Shown here: piece by piece, positions 22,241-35,500 of the stretch
Numbering within the stretch: the stretch's first letter is position 1
How the letters are laid out: each line of letters opens with the position of its first letter
DNA from: Iphione sp. A-MEVVRFRX5
Lineage: Eukaryota
Assembly: GCA_976226885.1 (NCBI GenBank)
Contig: OZ320313.1
Span: forward strand, 71,300,001 to 71,364,000
Length of the DNA: 64,000 nucleotides
Reading direction: 5' to 3'
The notes under the pieces: model-generated
Seen by the model: only the letters and a program-made list of their open reading frames with translations
What the model was told of the DNA's origin: nothing
Database searches by the model: none
Translations under genes and position numbers: made by a program

Positions 22241-25200
22241 CGGTCCTAGATCTCTAACCGTTACGGCCAAAACAGGCATCAGGAAGTGGCCTATATAATA
22301 AAATATTTGTCGCAAAAAAATGAATCGCTGTAGGACTAGGTAGAGTCACAACTCTTGCCATCGAATAAGAGAAAAAGGTGGAGTCATCGTTATAAAAGCC
22401 TGGAGGAGAGGTTAGTTATATATGAGTGATGTACGTGTAAATACATTTTGTAAAGTGTGTTGTGATGTAATATTGACAGAGGTTAATTACTGAAGGGTTT
22501 TGTACAGTGTGACCAATTTATTGGTACCAGAAACTAGTCCTGTTTTAGTTGTCATGTGCTTAAGCAAGGTATTGTGAAAATCATAGTGAAAGACAGAACG
22601 GCGGTATCCCCTCTTTGCACGTAGATAGTATCGTAGATGACTGAAATGATTGATTGTTCAGTGTGTATGCTATATTTTCTTATTTTTATATTTGGCACTT
22701 ACGTCCATTCCGAAGACCAAGAGTGCTTTCCGGAACAAATGAGTGTTTGCGACGATTAATGAGGGGAGAATCGTTTTATTCCACTGGAATGCTTGTCATT
22801 ACTTTTACCAGTGGATACAATATGTACAGAGAGCTACATGACATATAGACCGTGCAAAACTATCTTTTTATGTCAAAGATTTTTTTTTTTACATTTAATG
22901 TGTTCACAGATATGTATATTGCGCTTTCTTTTGTGCTGATTAACAGATGGAGAAATGCCCTTGAAGTTGTAAGAACTTATTAAAAGTCATGTACATTGAC
23001 GTGTTTGGGACATTGATATTAGTGATCAGTTGTGTTGTGAATGATTATAATGTGGGTTAGGACGGTATTGGTATGTATAGTCATATTCTACGTGCTTCTG
23101 GGCAAACTTTACCCTTTGCGTTCGTTTCACAAGAACATGCTGCATGATTCGTCTATACATGCATCCACCGTTGTCGTTGTTACGATGATGGGTGCACAGT
23201 ACACACCTGTCTAGTTATTAAAATGTGTTCCAGCATTTCAGTGTCTGTGTGGTATGCTGTACCTGTGCAGTATATCCTGCTGAACTTAATGATATTCCCG
23301 TTTGTTGTGTTTTTTGTCCAAACAGACAAAGGGGTGTAGGGCCAAGGAGTAAGAAGCAGAAGTAGAAAGGGTGTTTCATTTCGCTGAAGGAAAGGTTCTT
23401 ACCACTAAGATATGCGTTCTAGTCAGTGTAGGAGAATAGATACACGTCCATGTAACAGTCTGGTGTCCTTCTATAAGTGACTATTAGGAATTATGACGAT
23501 TTCCCACCCGATGATGTCTCGTGGCTATAAGACGTTTTTCGTGGTGGTCCACGAAAAGAACAGATTTCAGAGCCATTTGTACAAGACTGCTTCCCATTTC
23601 ACTGATATTTATCAAGAAAAAAAAATGTACCCTACAATATAGATATTCAGTACAAAGTACTTTTGATTTTTTTCAAACAATATTTTCTTATCTGTGGTAT
23701 TTTACATTGTTCTTTTCATGTGTGCGTCGGTTTTTCACCGGGGCTTTATTTTTTACCCATCTATTTAGCCTAACTAGTTGATCTTTGTTGTTACTAAAAA
23801 TGTCACCTTATGTGTAGAAGTGCATATTTAAGCCTTTAGCAACGATTCGACTTTAGAAGAGATGCTATTGGTTAGTTAATTCTAACGCTGTGTCCCTGAT
23901 GCTAATAGTTATCAATACGCTATAACAGTGCTCCCCAAAACATAAAAACAGCTGCGAAGGCATAGTAAAAACGGAGTTCCAAACCTCTTTGTCGCTCTTG
24001 AGGCCATGTCTTTCAGTATGGATGGCAGTCTGGTCAAAAGCTTACTGCATGACAAAGAGCAAAGCAGGCGGAGAAAGGCGGGGCTATCGGACCCCTAGTT
24101 TAGTTTCGAGTCTCCCTGCCTCAACCCCAACCTTTAGAGAGACGCGTGCAGAACGCCCGACACAATAGGCGCCCATGCGGAACCACCTGCTCCCCCATTG
24201 GCTCCACGCGCGGCGCATATCAAGCGTGACAGCCCACATCACCCTGTCCGCCTGCCCAGTGACAAGAGGCTTGCCATTCTTAGTTCGGGAGACAGGTGAT
24301 TCGTATCATTGCCCGTTTCAAGAGTTTCCCATTGCCTCGCCACTCAATAATCTCTAAAACGCGCGCGTCAAGCTAAAATGTTCGCTCAATTTGTATTGTT
24401 TCACAACTTCCTTGGCCATCAGAAGGAACATTATTCGAAATGCAGTCATGGCTCACTAGCCAATCCCCACAATTTCTGATTATTTCATCGGGATGAAAGA
24501 GAAATCCAGTGTTAATTTTTAAACATAAAACAATGACCTGTTCTGTGCAATCATATCCGTATATACATGCATGTGATTGTTAAATCCGGATTCTGGATAT
24601 CCAGATGAGGAGGTTTGTCATTATGTCCAGAAAAAAAACGGTTGAAGCAAAATCAGACTGCTTGTCGGAGAAAACATTCGGATTTAGAATCGAATATAGG
24701 AAGTGCTTCTCATAGATCTACATTGTCAGTGTTTGTTCATAGATTGATGTGCAGGGTGGAGATCTCATTTGGTGATGTACCCCTTGGTAGTTGTCTATAT
24801 TGAATCTAGATTTTTTTTCGAGAACTCTCTCCAATATCTAGCCGCTACCGGTCATAGGCTTCTTAGAGATACACGTAGAATTAAAGGGAAACGACTCAGC
24901 AGAGTATCTGTCACAAGGTTTTGTCTTCCTTTCTGACGCTGCTTAAACAGTACTTCACCATAGAGCACACAGAGTCTCCTGGTGCTATACACGGGAACTA
25001 CCAGTTTTGCATAGATCACGCTTTCGTTTTCATTAGGAGAGCAATCTCGACCATGTCGACCTGTCCTGGGTCATTTTCATCACAGATTTTATCAGTTTTT
25101 TTCACATTGTGACTGCTATATGTTAAGCGTTAAAATAGCTAGAGCTTACAAGCATTAATAGATTACCGCTACTGACACAAAGTACATTAATGGAACAGAG

Positions 25201-28200
25201 TCCAGTTGTATGGCATCTTTTTCAGCTTGATAGGACAAACTCTTAGAATTACCGCCTTAAAACGATTTAGCGAGGATATTTCTTTTTCGCCATGGCGAAA
25301 TCCATGTCAGTATATCAGCATTAACTAGGGAAAAAATCATACGCCGTAAACTAAATCAAACTATTGTTTCCTCAACACATATTTTAAACATTTAATGGTC
25401 AAGATGAAGTTCTGTATAAACAGACACATATATTAGTATTATTATCCATGTCATTTTCAGTGGTCTTGCACGACAGCTTTGGCCTATCAAAGGTGAAACA
25501 CGGGTTTAAGAACCGCATGAGGAAAACTTATCAGTAGCTTCCCAGTACAAAATGTAGATGTATTAGTTCAATTTAATATCTGGACAGCTGTTGTATATTA
25601 CTTCAGCGCGCAGCAGAGAGTATAGCTTCCCCACAAATTACTATCACGTACACATTAATGACTTGGGGCTTACTTAAGGCATCAGCTTTGTTGGCGCAGT
25701 AAAGATACCATCTGTTATAAAATATAACTGCCTTCATATTCCTCGAAATATCAATAAATTGTGGCTGGTTTAGACAAATTTTCTCGACGGCGTGCGATGT
25801 TCACGAGTTTTTAGAGAACCACAGATCACTTTTTAAATTACTTTAGATGTACATGTATATACATTTCATATCCAATCAATGTAATAAGGATTGCATATTA
25901 CAAGTTTTAAAAAAACTTTCAGCTGTTGACTTCTTGAAACTCACTGAAAACACGTTTCAAACTTTTCTTGTACGAGTGCTCGTCAAGTTTTATTCAATAT
26001 AAAAGCACGTACAACATGTAAATCTCACGCAAACTGGTACATTATACTGCCTACAATGAACTGGAGTAAGAAACGTATAAAAAACTTTTATGGGGGGCAC
26101 AATATCATAACTTGGATATTCACGGACTGGTATCGGAGTGTTTCATTCTGACAAAAGTACAAGTTCTACTAAAGTTTGAGGTACAACAATTGAATGAATC
26201 TCTCGAGACTTCTCTGTTACAGGAAAAGATGAAAAATTCGGATGATAAGGTCTGGACAAAATGGTGTTCTGAACAAATTTAATGTGTATCACAGAGAAAG
26301 CTCGAAACTGGAAAAAAACTAACAAAGAATAGGAAAATATCACTTCAATTTACACAGAGAGATCATCTTGATCAAACAAAGCCACATGGGCATGTATATG
26401 AATATCATTTCTTAAACTACATTATAAAGGCTCTTCCCATACCAAGCTCTGATTACAGATCTTGAATAACAATAATTATATGAGGGCATGATAATTACGA
26501 GACAAAGCCGACATATTTATAAATCTGGAATAATGGATGCAGTGACGTCTGACAACTCCGTCGACTCAACATGAGATTCGTCAATGAATGTTCCGTGGTT
26601 AAGGTGTGTAGAAACGTTAAAGTACTGGCCATCCAGTAATAAGAATAACCTTCCAACAATGTACCGGAAAAGCGCACACAATTACGTCCCAGCGCCGGAA
26701 AATAAAGAACTGCGCATTGCGCCGTTCATGCTTCTTAATTATACGCTATTTAGATAATTCATCGTGTTCGAGTATACCCGTACAGGCGATCTAAAAAAAA
26801 CTACTTTCACATTCGTGACAGAGGAAACGACATACAAGTATTGTGTATTTCGGTGCATACGATCCAATAAAAGGTACATCAACCAGAATGTACTCTGGTA
26901 GCAAAACCCTATTTTATTTTACACTAGAGTTTACATGTCTGCTGTATTTTACTGTCAAACCAGGACAAGCCCATACAAACGTAATTTCACTGGCAAGATG
27001 CCAAAACTGGTATAGGTCATACACAGGTAGTAAAAAAGTGAGATACAAAGTGCGTCAGTGGTAATAGGTCTTGACTGTAACAAAATGTTACAACGACAAA
27101 TCACGGCTGACCACTGCCATTTGATCATTCCCAGAGTTCTCATACCGTTTTTTTAAAACCATTATCGGGGCAGTCTTGACAGTGTTTCGTCTTGTATCTG
27201 GCTAGAGAAGCGTAGGGTCATTTGTTAAATTTCACCCAACGTTCTGGATATTTTGGTGAATGGTACAATCTGAACATGGTTGGAACATGGTTGTTTTCTT
27301 GCCCGATCTTCGTAGGAAACCCGCCCTTACCTAGCCATGGTTTTCAGCAAGGAACGGTATGTCTTTCTCATAAAGCTCTATTCTTGTGTACGAGAAATAA
27401 ACTATACCTGGATCAAAGGAAACGACGGAAACATCGCAATACAAGTATGTTTTAATATCTGGCGGGCTCTACGGGAATCGCCGATGGTTTAACGTACATG
27501 TAGTATTGACACATGCACAAAATGTCAGAAAAAGACAAGATGCATTCGGTCTCTTCCTGACCTGCTGTATCAGACTTTCATATGCATCTAGAATGCTTCC
27601 CACCTGCAACCCCCGCTGGGTTACTGGTATTGTTAGTATGCCTGGTCGGGCATATCCATGCCTATATATGTAATTTGTTGCTACCATCCTTCGCCACACC
27701 TTTCTGCGTTATTGAATAAACATGTGTATAAAGCATGTGAACTGAGCTGCGCAAATTCAAGGCACAAATGTTCCAGGCACATCATAGCCTGGTGACTGGA
27801 AAACAGCACTATTCATGCAATTTTTGCAATAATTCATTACAAAATATTCACATGGGAATGTGCAAAATTAGTACCCACTACGCATATGGTTTCGCTGATA
27901 TAATTATTCTCTATTTCATATACATGTACATGTATTAGTAAAGGAACCGACGAAGAAAAATCATCAAAATGTAAAAAATAATTTTGTGTTCAGCAAGTGG
28001 TTCTTGTAAACGATTCCCGGTCCACTGCCTTAAATAAAAATGATTAAAAACATGACTATTCTCGATTTAACTTTCAATGCAAATATTCATCACAGAGTTG
28101 AGCCTTTGTCTCCCTGCCATGACAGGTCTTGCTGTAGATGCTGCATGTAACTAATCCCGTATAAAGGGAAACCATAGCATTCCGGCTATCCGGACTCCAG

Positions 28201-28636
28201 GACTCTGTCGAGAGCACAACAAATATATCGGATCAAAATGTTCGCACACGCTAAAGATACACCCATCAAGTCGGGTGTCTGTGGACGTCAGCACATGTTC
28301 ATAATGAAACTACAGAGGGCAAACTCTACAACAAAACACTAAAGGAACTGATGCAAAAACCCCGAGTCTGGATTGCCCACTTGGTGACTTTTAAGAAAAA
28401 GGCCTGACATGAAATTCCACGTTAACAACTGATTGTACTACACGTAAGAGTAATTTCATCAAACTCTCAATTGAAGAATTGGTTTTGGCACTACCTAAAA
28501 CACTTCCATTTTCTATGCTGTCCGGTTTAGCCAGCTGTCTGCCATCGAGGCCTCAGTGCATTCTGTCTGCGAAACTCCTCCACAGACTCCTGAAAGATGT
28601 TCTACTATATGTATACACTCCCCATGAAAAGTAAGT

Positions 28637-28981
28637 CCCCCCCCCTTAAATAGGTGTGTTTCTGCTTATCCACCCCCACCTAGTAAAACCTCACCCTACC
28701 TACAATTTTGTTGGCCCCAACCAGTTTCCTGCGCTGAATTTCCTTAGATATGTGTTTTTACAGCACACCTTTGATATATTCAGTAGAAAAACAACAAAAT
28801 CCATGGAAATACAGTAAAAAAAACTGTAAAACGCATGCAAATTGGTCAAAATTCTTCATATTGTCTTCACATTGAAAACCAGAGAATGAAAGTGGAAAAA
28901 ATATAACCCCCCCTCCCTATCTAGGTTTTTGGCTGGTCATTACCAGAAACACACCTATTTTTTTGGCAGGCGGGGGGGGGG
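28637..28981. mobile_element. MITE-like element (~345 bp)
   Basis: Perfect 17-bp inverted repeat aaataggtgtgtttctg (28648-28664) / cagaaacacacctattt (28944-28960), plus an outer C-run and G-run. No ORF. Confidence 0.55.
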
Positions 28982-29331
28982 AGCTAAGATGAAACTACAT
29001 GGCTCGGACTAATGTCAATCGGGAGGCCTGGAAAAGTAGTTGATGAAAAAAGGCGTGATTATGAAACTGCCTTACATCCAAAGGACAAAGACGATCTGTT
29101 CATCTTCGTGGTAGGTCATGCACTGTCACATATCATGATGGGTGATGTTTTGACCACGATCAGCTAAAACAGATCACTCCGCCGCAGTGAGATTGAGCCT
29201 GTAGATGACAATTAAGGGGACTTTTTTCATAGGAATGGTACTGCACAGTGTCTGGTTAAAGTAATTTCCTTGATAACATGTGATGAGAAATTCTGCGTAC
29301 GGTCCAGCCTGCTTGTAGTGACATCGTGGAG

Positions 29332-29519
29332 TCATCGTGCCATCATGACTTCGTTGTAACTTGGCGGTTGCTCTTCCTGTTGGGTCTTGGCTGCTGCCTG
29401 TGAGCCCCGTTTTTTTCTTATATAAACATATACACCAACAGCAATGGCTATGACCACAAGAATAGCTAACACAACGAGAGCAATGATCAATCCTTTGGGC
29501 GGCAGTCGTCCCTTCGGTC
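29332..29519 (-). CDS. Lectin/CUB receptor last coding exon: TM helix and cytoplasmic tail
   Basis: ctccttgcag|GA CCG; PKGRLPPKG-LIIALVVLAILVVIAIAVGVYVYI-RKKR...PPSYNEVMMAR*. Confidence 0.88.
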
Positions 29520-32500
29520 CTGCAAGGAGAGTAAAAATAGAAGATTGCATTACCCACAGAAAATAATTTATAAGTGAGCAAGAGAGCNNNNNNNNNNNNN
29601 NNNNNNNNNNNNNNNNNNNNNNNNNNNNNNNNNNNNNNNNNNNNNNNNNNNNNNNNNNNNNNNNNNNNNNNNNNNNNNNNNNNNNNNNNNNNNNNNNNNN
29701 NNNNNNNNNNNNNNNNNNAGTGTCAGTTAGTGAGCACATGTGTATGTGTGTGTAGCAATGAGAATGAGTTGTCTTTTATATCAAGCATTTTGATGTTTTT
29801 CACTCGTATCTTATGTAGCTGGATTGCAGGATGTGTTTTTTGAATTTTTGAAAAGAAATAAGTAAGTTATGGCCAAAAATGTGACCAAAAATTCCATAGA
29901 AATAGGAAAACAGAACAGTAACTATTCGGGACTGTTTTGATAGACCCTAAGATTTTATGATTTTACAGATGTAATAGATATTTTGTTATAAAATGGGATC
30001 TTCTTTATCTATCCTTATAAAAATTACACAACTAATACAGTTTTTGACAAAGAATATGCTAAGCATGTTCAAATATTATAATTTTCAATATTTACTTCTC
30101 ATTTACATAAATTTGCATAAATCTCAAGATTCTAATGGATAATATATTAGAGTAATGTGGGTTAAAGAAGCTCTGCTCAGCAAGCTTCATTTTACCAGTA
30201 TTCATCCTATATTCAAAAAGCAAAGTTAAGATAACATAGAAGGCCTGTGTCCATATCAGGCTCTATCCCAAGGTCTCCTCTAATTGGCTTAAAAAACCCT
30301 ATTCAATTATAAACAGCTGAATTGCAGGCATCTGGTTTTTCCTAACACCAACCAACACAGTTTTGGGTCCATGCATATCAGTGGTAGGCTCATGCAGAAA
30401 GTGTTCCCCTTATCACTTGACCCAGATTCCCCTTGCTAGTGTGTGTGTATGTATGTGTCATATTTAGGTGTGAATGTGTGTGTGATTCTAAAGGATGAAA
30501 AGTAACGTTAATAGGAAATATATATTAACTGTAATTGCACTGAAGCACATCTTCCAGAAGATCAGCACAGCAAATGTATAAAACATGCTTTCCACAAGGT
30601 TATACTTCAATTTTCTAAACATACAGCCCAAACTATTTCTTTACAAATTTCAAAGCATCATAAGCTACACATAAAAGGGCGTGGACTATTCAACATGATT
30701 ATCACGTGCCAATGACAATTAAAATGCACCAGGTTGACACTCTAAACCATCCGACGTTGTATATTGCCAACCGTATTCCAGGACACCACAATAAAGCAAA
30801 AGCAGTGATAACCAGTCCCAGCTGAGTACAATAACCAGTACCGATGTGTGAGCTGAAGAGGTTGTTACACATAATGGCCGAGATCAAACATGCTTGCCTC
30901 TGACAGCTAGGAAAACTGTAATGTCTTTTAAGAGGGGCAAATAAGGATGCAACAGAAAGAGAGTAGAAGCTAAGGATGGAAAATGGGCCATTTGAGTTTT
31001 CTTTTGTCACACTTTTTCATATAAATCTTAGAAAAGTAACAATTTCAGTTAAGCAATGAAGTATGTTCTTAGACTTTTATAACTTTAAAAAATGACCTCA
31101 GAAAGCTGGTTCCTGGCAGGCACATCAAAATTTAAGGTGTGCACCTCACAGGGGAGCATGTCAAAAAGTCTTATGGTATGTGGCAAGGAAGACTGACATG
31201 TAGCAGGTCATGAGCTGCTCCACTTGTTACAGAGTACGAGGAGGTGCTAAGAAGTAGCAGGAATAGTAAAGGAGAATGACCAATGGCCGAGTTCTTAGGT
31301 AGAAGCACTGATGTTGACGTTAGTTACTGCCAGACCTCCATTGATAATACCAGTGGTTAGGCCTAGTTTCCATAACTGCAGGAGGGTGCAGGATGTGTCT
31401 GGGTGCATTTGTATGTGTTTCTGTTCTCCTGCACCCTCATATAGGGGTGGCTTTTGTAGACCAGCGCAGGCCAGTGTGTGCCACTGCCAGTTCATTTTAT
31501 GACTGGAAAATATGAAAAACATAAAAAAAATGTCCCCCCAAAAGTTTAATACATGGAAATAGGCTGAAAACTTTTTTCATGGCAATTCGGACAAAAAAAA
31601 AACACGAAAATTACATTGAAAGTCAGTCTAAGACCTGCTTTCGGCATGGAAATTCAGCTAATACACAGCAAAAATGCCCAGAAAAAATCTGGGTAAAGAC
31701 AGATTTGTGATCTAGCTAGCAAGTAGTTTCATCTATCAACATTGTGAATAGTACATTTCATTTCATTTTCATATCATCTATATCTGCAAAGAAAACCTGA
31801 AATGGACTGGACACACGTACATGTTTGTATTTCTACTCCAGTGAAAATAAAGATCTAAAAAAAGAGGGTTTAAATGTGTGTAAATGACACTCAAAGTAAA
31901 GAAATATGAAAAAATTGAGGAAATAGCAGTGCATTGGTGTGCAGGTGTCCAGAAAATTATCGAGCATGCACCAAAAATGAACACTGGATGGCTTCCGCAT
32001 GCTCTCACACGTGCATGTAAAGGACATCCTCGATTGAGTTCAATACGATTGATACAATCAGACAGGAACTGGCTTTAGACCAAAGCTGTCAGGTGATCTG
32101 AATAGGAGGCAGTCGAGGCTTGATGCTGTAGAAACATTCTTGACCCAAGAAGACCCCACATAGTAAAGGGGCAGAGGACCTGTGGGGATGGGGCAAGAAG
32201 CCCCCTCCCCTGTCCCTGTTGCATTTTCCCTCAAATTGTAAGGGTTGAAGACCCATGCAAAGAAGAAACCGATCTGGCTCTGGGCTGACTCAATCTCATC
32301 TAGATGGTCAACAATTCCACTCCAGACGGGGCATGTTAGACCAGGTAGCACTATGTAAGCCAAGACTGATATGCTGTGCAAGCTCTTTCACGTACATTGG
32401 TGTGAAAGAATGGAACAGCATGACTGCATTATTTTCCCAAGGAGGTATCCAGGCATGCTTCTATGAAATTATCTCTCTGCTACTTGTGATATATAGAGCA

Positions 32501-35500
32501 AAGATCTTAATGACTACTATGTGTTATCACAACAAAACTGACTCAGCCTTCTGATCAATGATTCTAGTCAAGATGCTGTATGTGATATTCCTGTAAATGG
32601 GTTATCAACCATTTGACGATCGTTTCTTTTACTATGTTCCCATGCTTGTAGCCTTTACTGTCCTCTGCAACAGATATTCTTCGTCCACAATGCCACTACT
32701 GTAATAACATATTTGCAGTTTTATAATTAGACGCTAACACAAACTTATCAGTGAAGTATGATCCTAATTTCATATACTTGTGTGTCCAAAGAGGGATGAA
32801 GTGAGAGTGCCTGGCACCAGACCCATAATAGATCACTCACAATTAAAAGACTTCCTCTGAGGGAAAGCAGGGACATATGGAAATAAACAAGAAACCCAAG
32901 AGAGGAAATGGAAGGCACATCAAACTCATCAGATAAAAAGTGAATATTGGAGGCAAAAATAAAATGAATAGTTTGCGTCCTGCCACTAGAGGTCAATACA
33001 GTCGCATGAGGCCCATCTACAAATTTAGCTCCAGGATCAGGGAACCAACAAACCTGACTCCCTACAAGCAAATAAGTCGATATCAGCAGACGTCAAGAAT
33101 CCACAATAGCCCTGAAAAACAATTGAGTGATTTTTCATTCAATGTTGTCTCTAAAGACTCTAGAAGCATAGTTAGCCTGAAAATTAAAGATCCCAGGGAT
33201 GAAAATGGCACGAGCAAAGAGGGACCTTGACTCAAGGAAAAGCCACATTTTGTGTGCCAAAGCCCTGCACGGGGGACATCTAGATCCATCCATCTGGTTA
33301 ACATAAGAAATGGCAGTAGTGTTATCTGATTAAATAAAAACAATAGCATGATAATTAGATTTGAAAAAAAACTCTTAAGGGAAGAAAAAAAGGTTTTAAC
33401 TCTAAAATTTGATATGAAGAGGAGATTCAGAAGGACGCCTATGTCCACCTATGGAAATGTTATCTAGACAAGAGCCCCAGCCAAGGTCAAAGTCAACAAG
33501 AGTGTGGACCTATGAGGTCTATTGTCCCCNNNNNNNNNNNNNNNNNNNNNNNNNNNNNNNNNNNNNNNNNNNNNNNNNNNNNNNNNNNNNNNNNNNNNNN
33601 NNNNNNNNNNNNNNNNNNNNNNNNNNNNNNNNNNNNNNNNNNNNNNNNNNNNNNNNNNNNNNNNNNNNNNNNNNNNNNNNNNNNNNNNNNNNNNNNNNNN
33701 NNNNNNNNNNNNNNNNNNNNNNNNNNNNNNNNNNNNNNNNNNNNNAACCACCTTGATTGGCCTTATTTTTGGGTTGATTGGCTAGACTTGTTTAAGGGCG
33801 AGAGCGGCAGGCGCCAAGTGGCGATTTTATGAACTAATATGCACACCATCAGTTTCTTGAATTAAGAACATTTTTCTTAAAATAAGAAATATTCTTAAGG
33901 GCGAGAGTGGCAGATTCACTCCCCTTTCTCTTTTTTTGTTGTCTCCCCCCTCCTTCTCTTGGTCCCTTCCCTCTCTCCCCCTCCCTCCAACTTGGTTAGC
34001 AGCTAATTTCCTCAAGGGTCAGTGTCCTTACTTTGGGACATTTTGTATAGAGAATAGAACTCAAAATACACATTTTTTTGCTGTTATCTTGATGATCATA
34101 GATATGAAGATTTAAATGTAAAATTTGACAAAAATGTATGCCAGGTTTTAGACTTACAGCATAAAATGTGTCAAAAATGACAAATTGTGTGCTATTCAGC
34201 CTATTGCAAAAATTTCTAGTTCTACACCTTTCAGGTCAGTTTGTAGAGAAAGTAACCTTGAAACCATATATTTTTTTGTTTTTATCTTGAACAATATATA
34301 TATTTAAGGTTAAATATAATTTTTGACAGAAATTGTTTGTCAGGTTTTCAACTTATGACATGAATTGTCTCCAGAATGACTCCTTTTTTGCTCTTCTGCC
34401 ATTGACTTCAATGGTAAGGGGAGCATCCCTTTGGTGATCACTGCTGGATAAATGAGTCTTGATACCCCAACATTCTTTTCCATATTTGAATTACAAATGG
34501 TGCATAGATTAAATCTGAGAAGTTATAAGAAAATTCCTTGTATATTTATTTTTAGGCCACCTGTAGCTCTTGGCCTTAAGTCCTTCAGGTTTACAACTCT
34601 CGGTTCTGCATGACTAAGCACAGCACCCTCGGTTCTGCCTCACTGAGCACCAGACTGTTACAAACCCTCGGTTCTGCATGAGTGAGCACAGCTCCCTCGG
34701 TTCTGCCTCACTGAGCACCAGACTGCTACAAGCTGATAGTGGTAGAGGAGAGATATTGGTGAGTGTGTATGTGCATGGTCAGACCTAGGAACCCCTGAAC
34801 CAGGTATGTATGTTTGTAGGTGTGTTAACAAGAGTAAAATTGGGATAATTTCACCTTCAAAATACTTGGATTACTACCAGAATTACCCAGTGCCATGGGG
34901 CCATATATAGCAATATCATATATTAAAATCAGTTCTTTTGATTGAAGGGCTTGAGACTTATAAGACCCACAAGAGTGTGATGGATGGTCGGGACACCAGC
35001 CCGTAGCATTCCTAATGTCCCCCCCTCTATGAGGCGGGGGACAACTACGGATTTGTACCAAATCCAAGTGTTATCAGTGGTGAAGAAACAATGTTGGGAG
35101 CCATTTACTTGAAAAAGTCAATTAATCTTATTTTTTTAAAATCTTTATTTACACTGGATAAGTATACATAGAGTATGTGTTTCCAGTTATTGGTATTAAG
35201 TCCCATTGCGTCTAATGAGATGAGTTGTGATGGTACAATGATAGTTGTTGTGCAGATCAGAGATGATATACTTGAATAGTTTAACATTATGTATGATACA
35301 GTTATGTGTTTAACCTCTCTTTCACTTAACTATTTTTCAAAGATTATAAAACTCACATATTGGTTGATTTCTATGCTTTTGCATGGTTGTATCTCTGTGC
35401 AATAATGATTTATCTATCAACATATAATTATATATCTTCCTAAATCTATGTTACTGATGTCACAAATGTAACTTGTACGAAGCCTGCATGTAGCAGCAGT

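Noticed and set aside
31295-31522. QWHTLACAGLQKPP, PHD-finger-like, after a good acceptor in the last lectin intron
   Set aside because: The remaining Cys ligands are missing and the phase (2) does not fit the lectin gene; possibly a transposon remnant.
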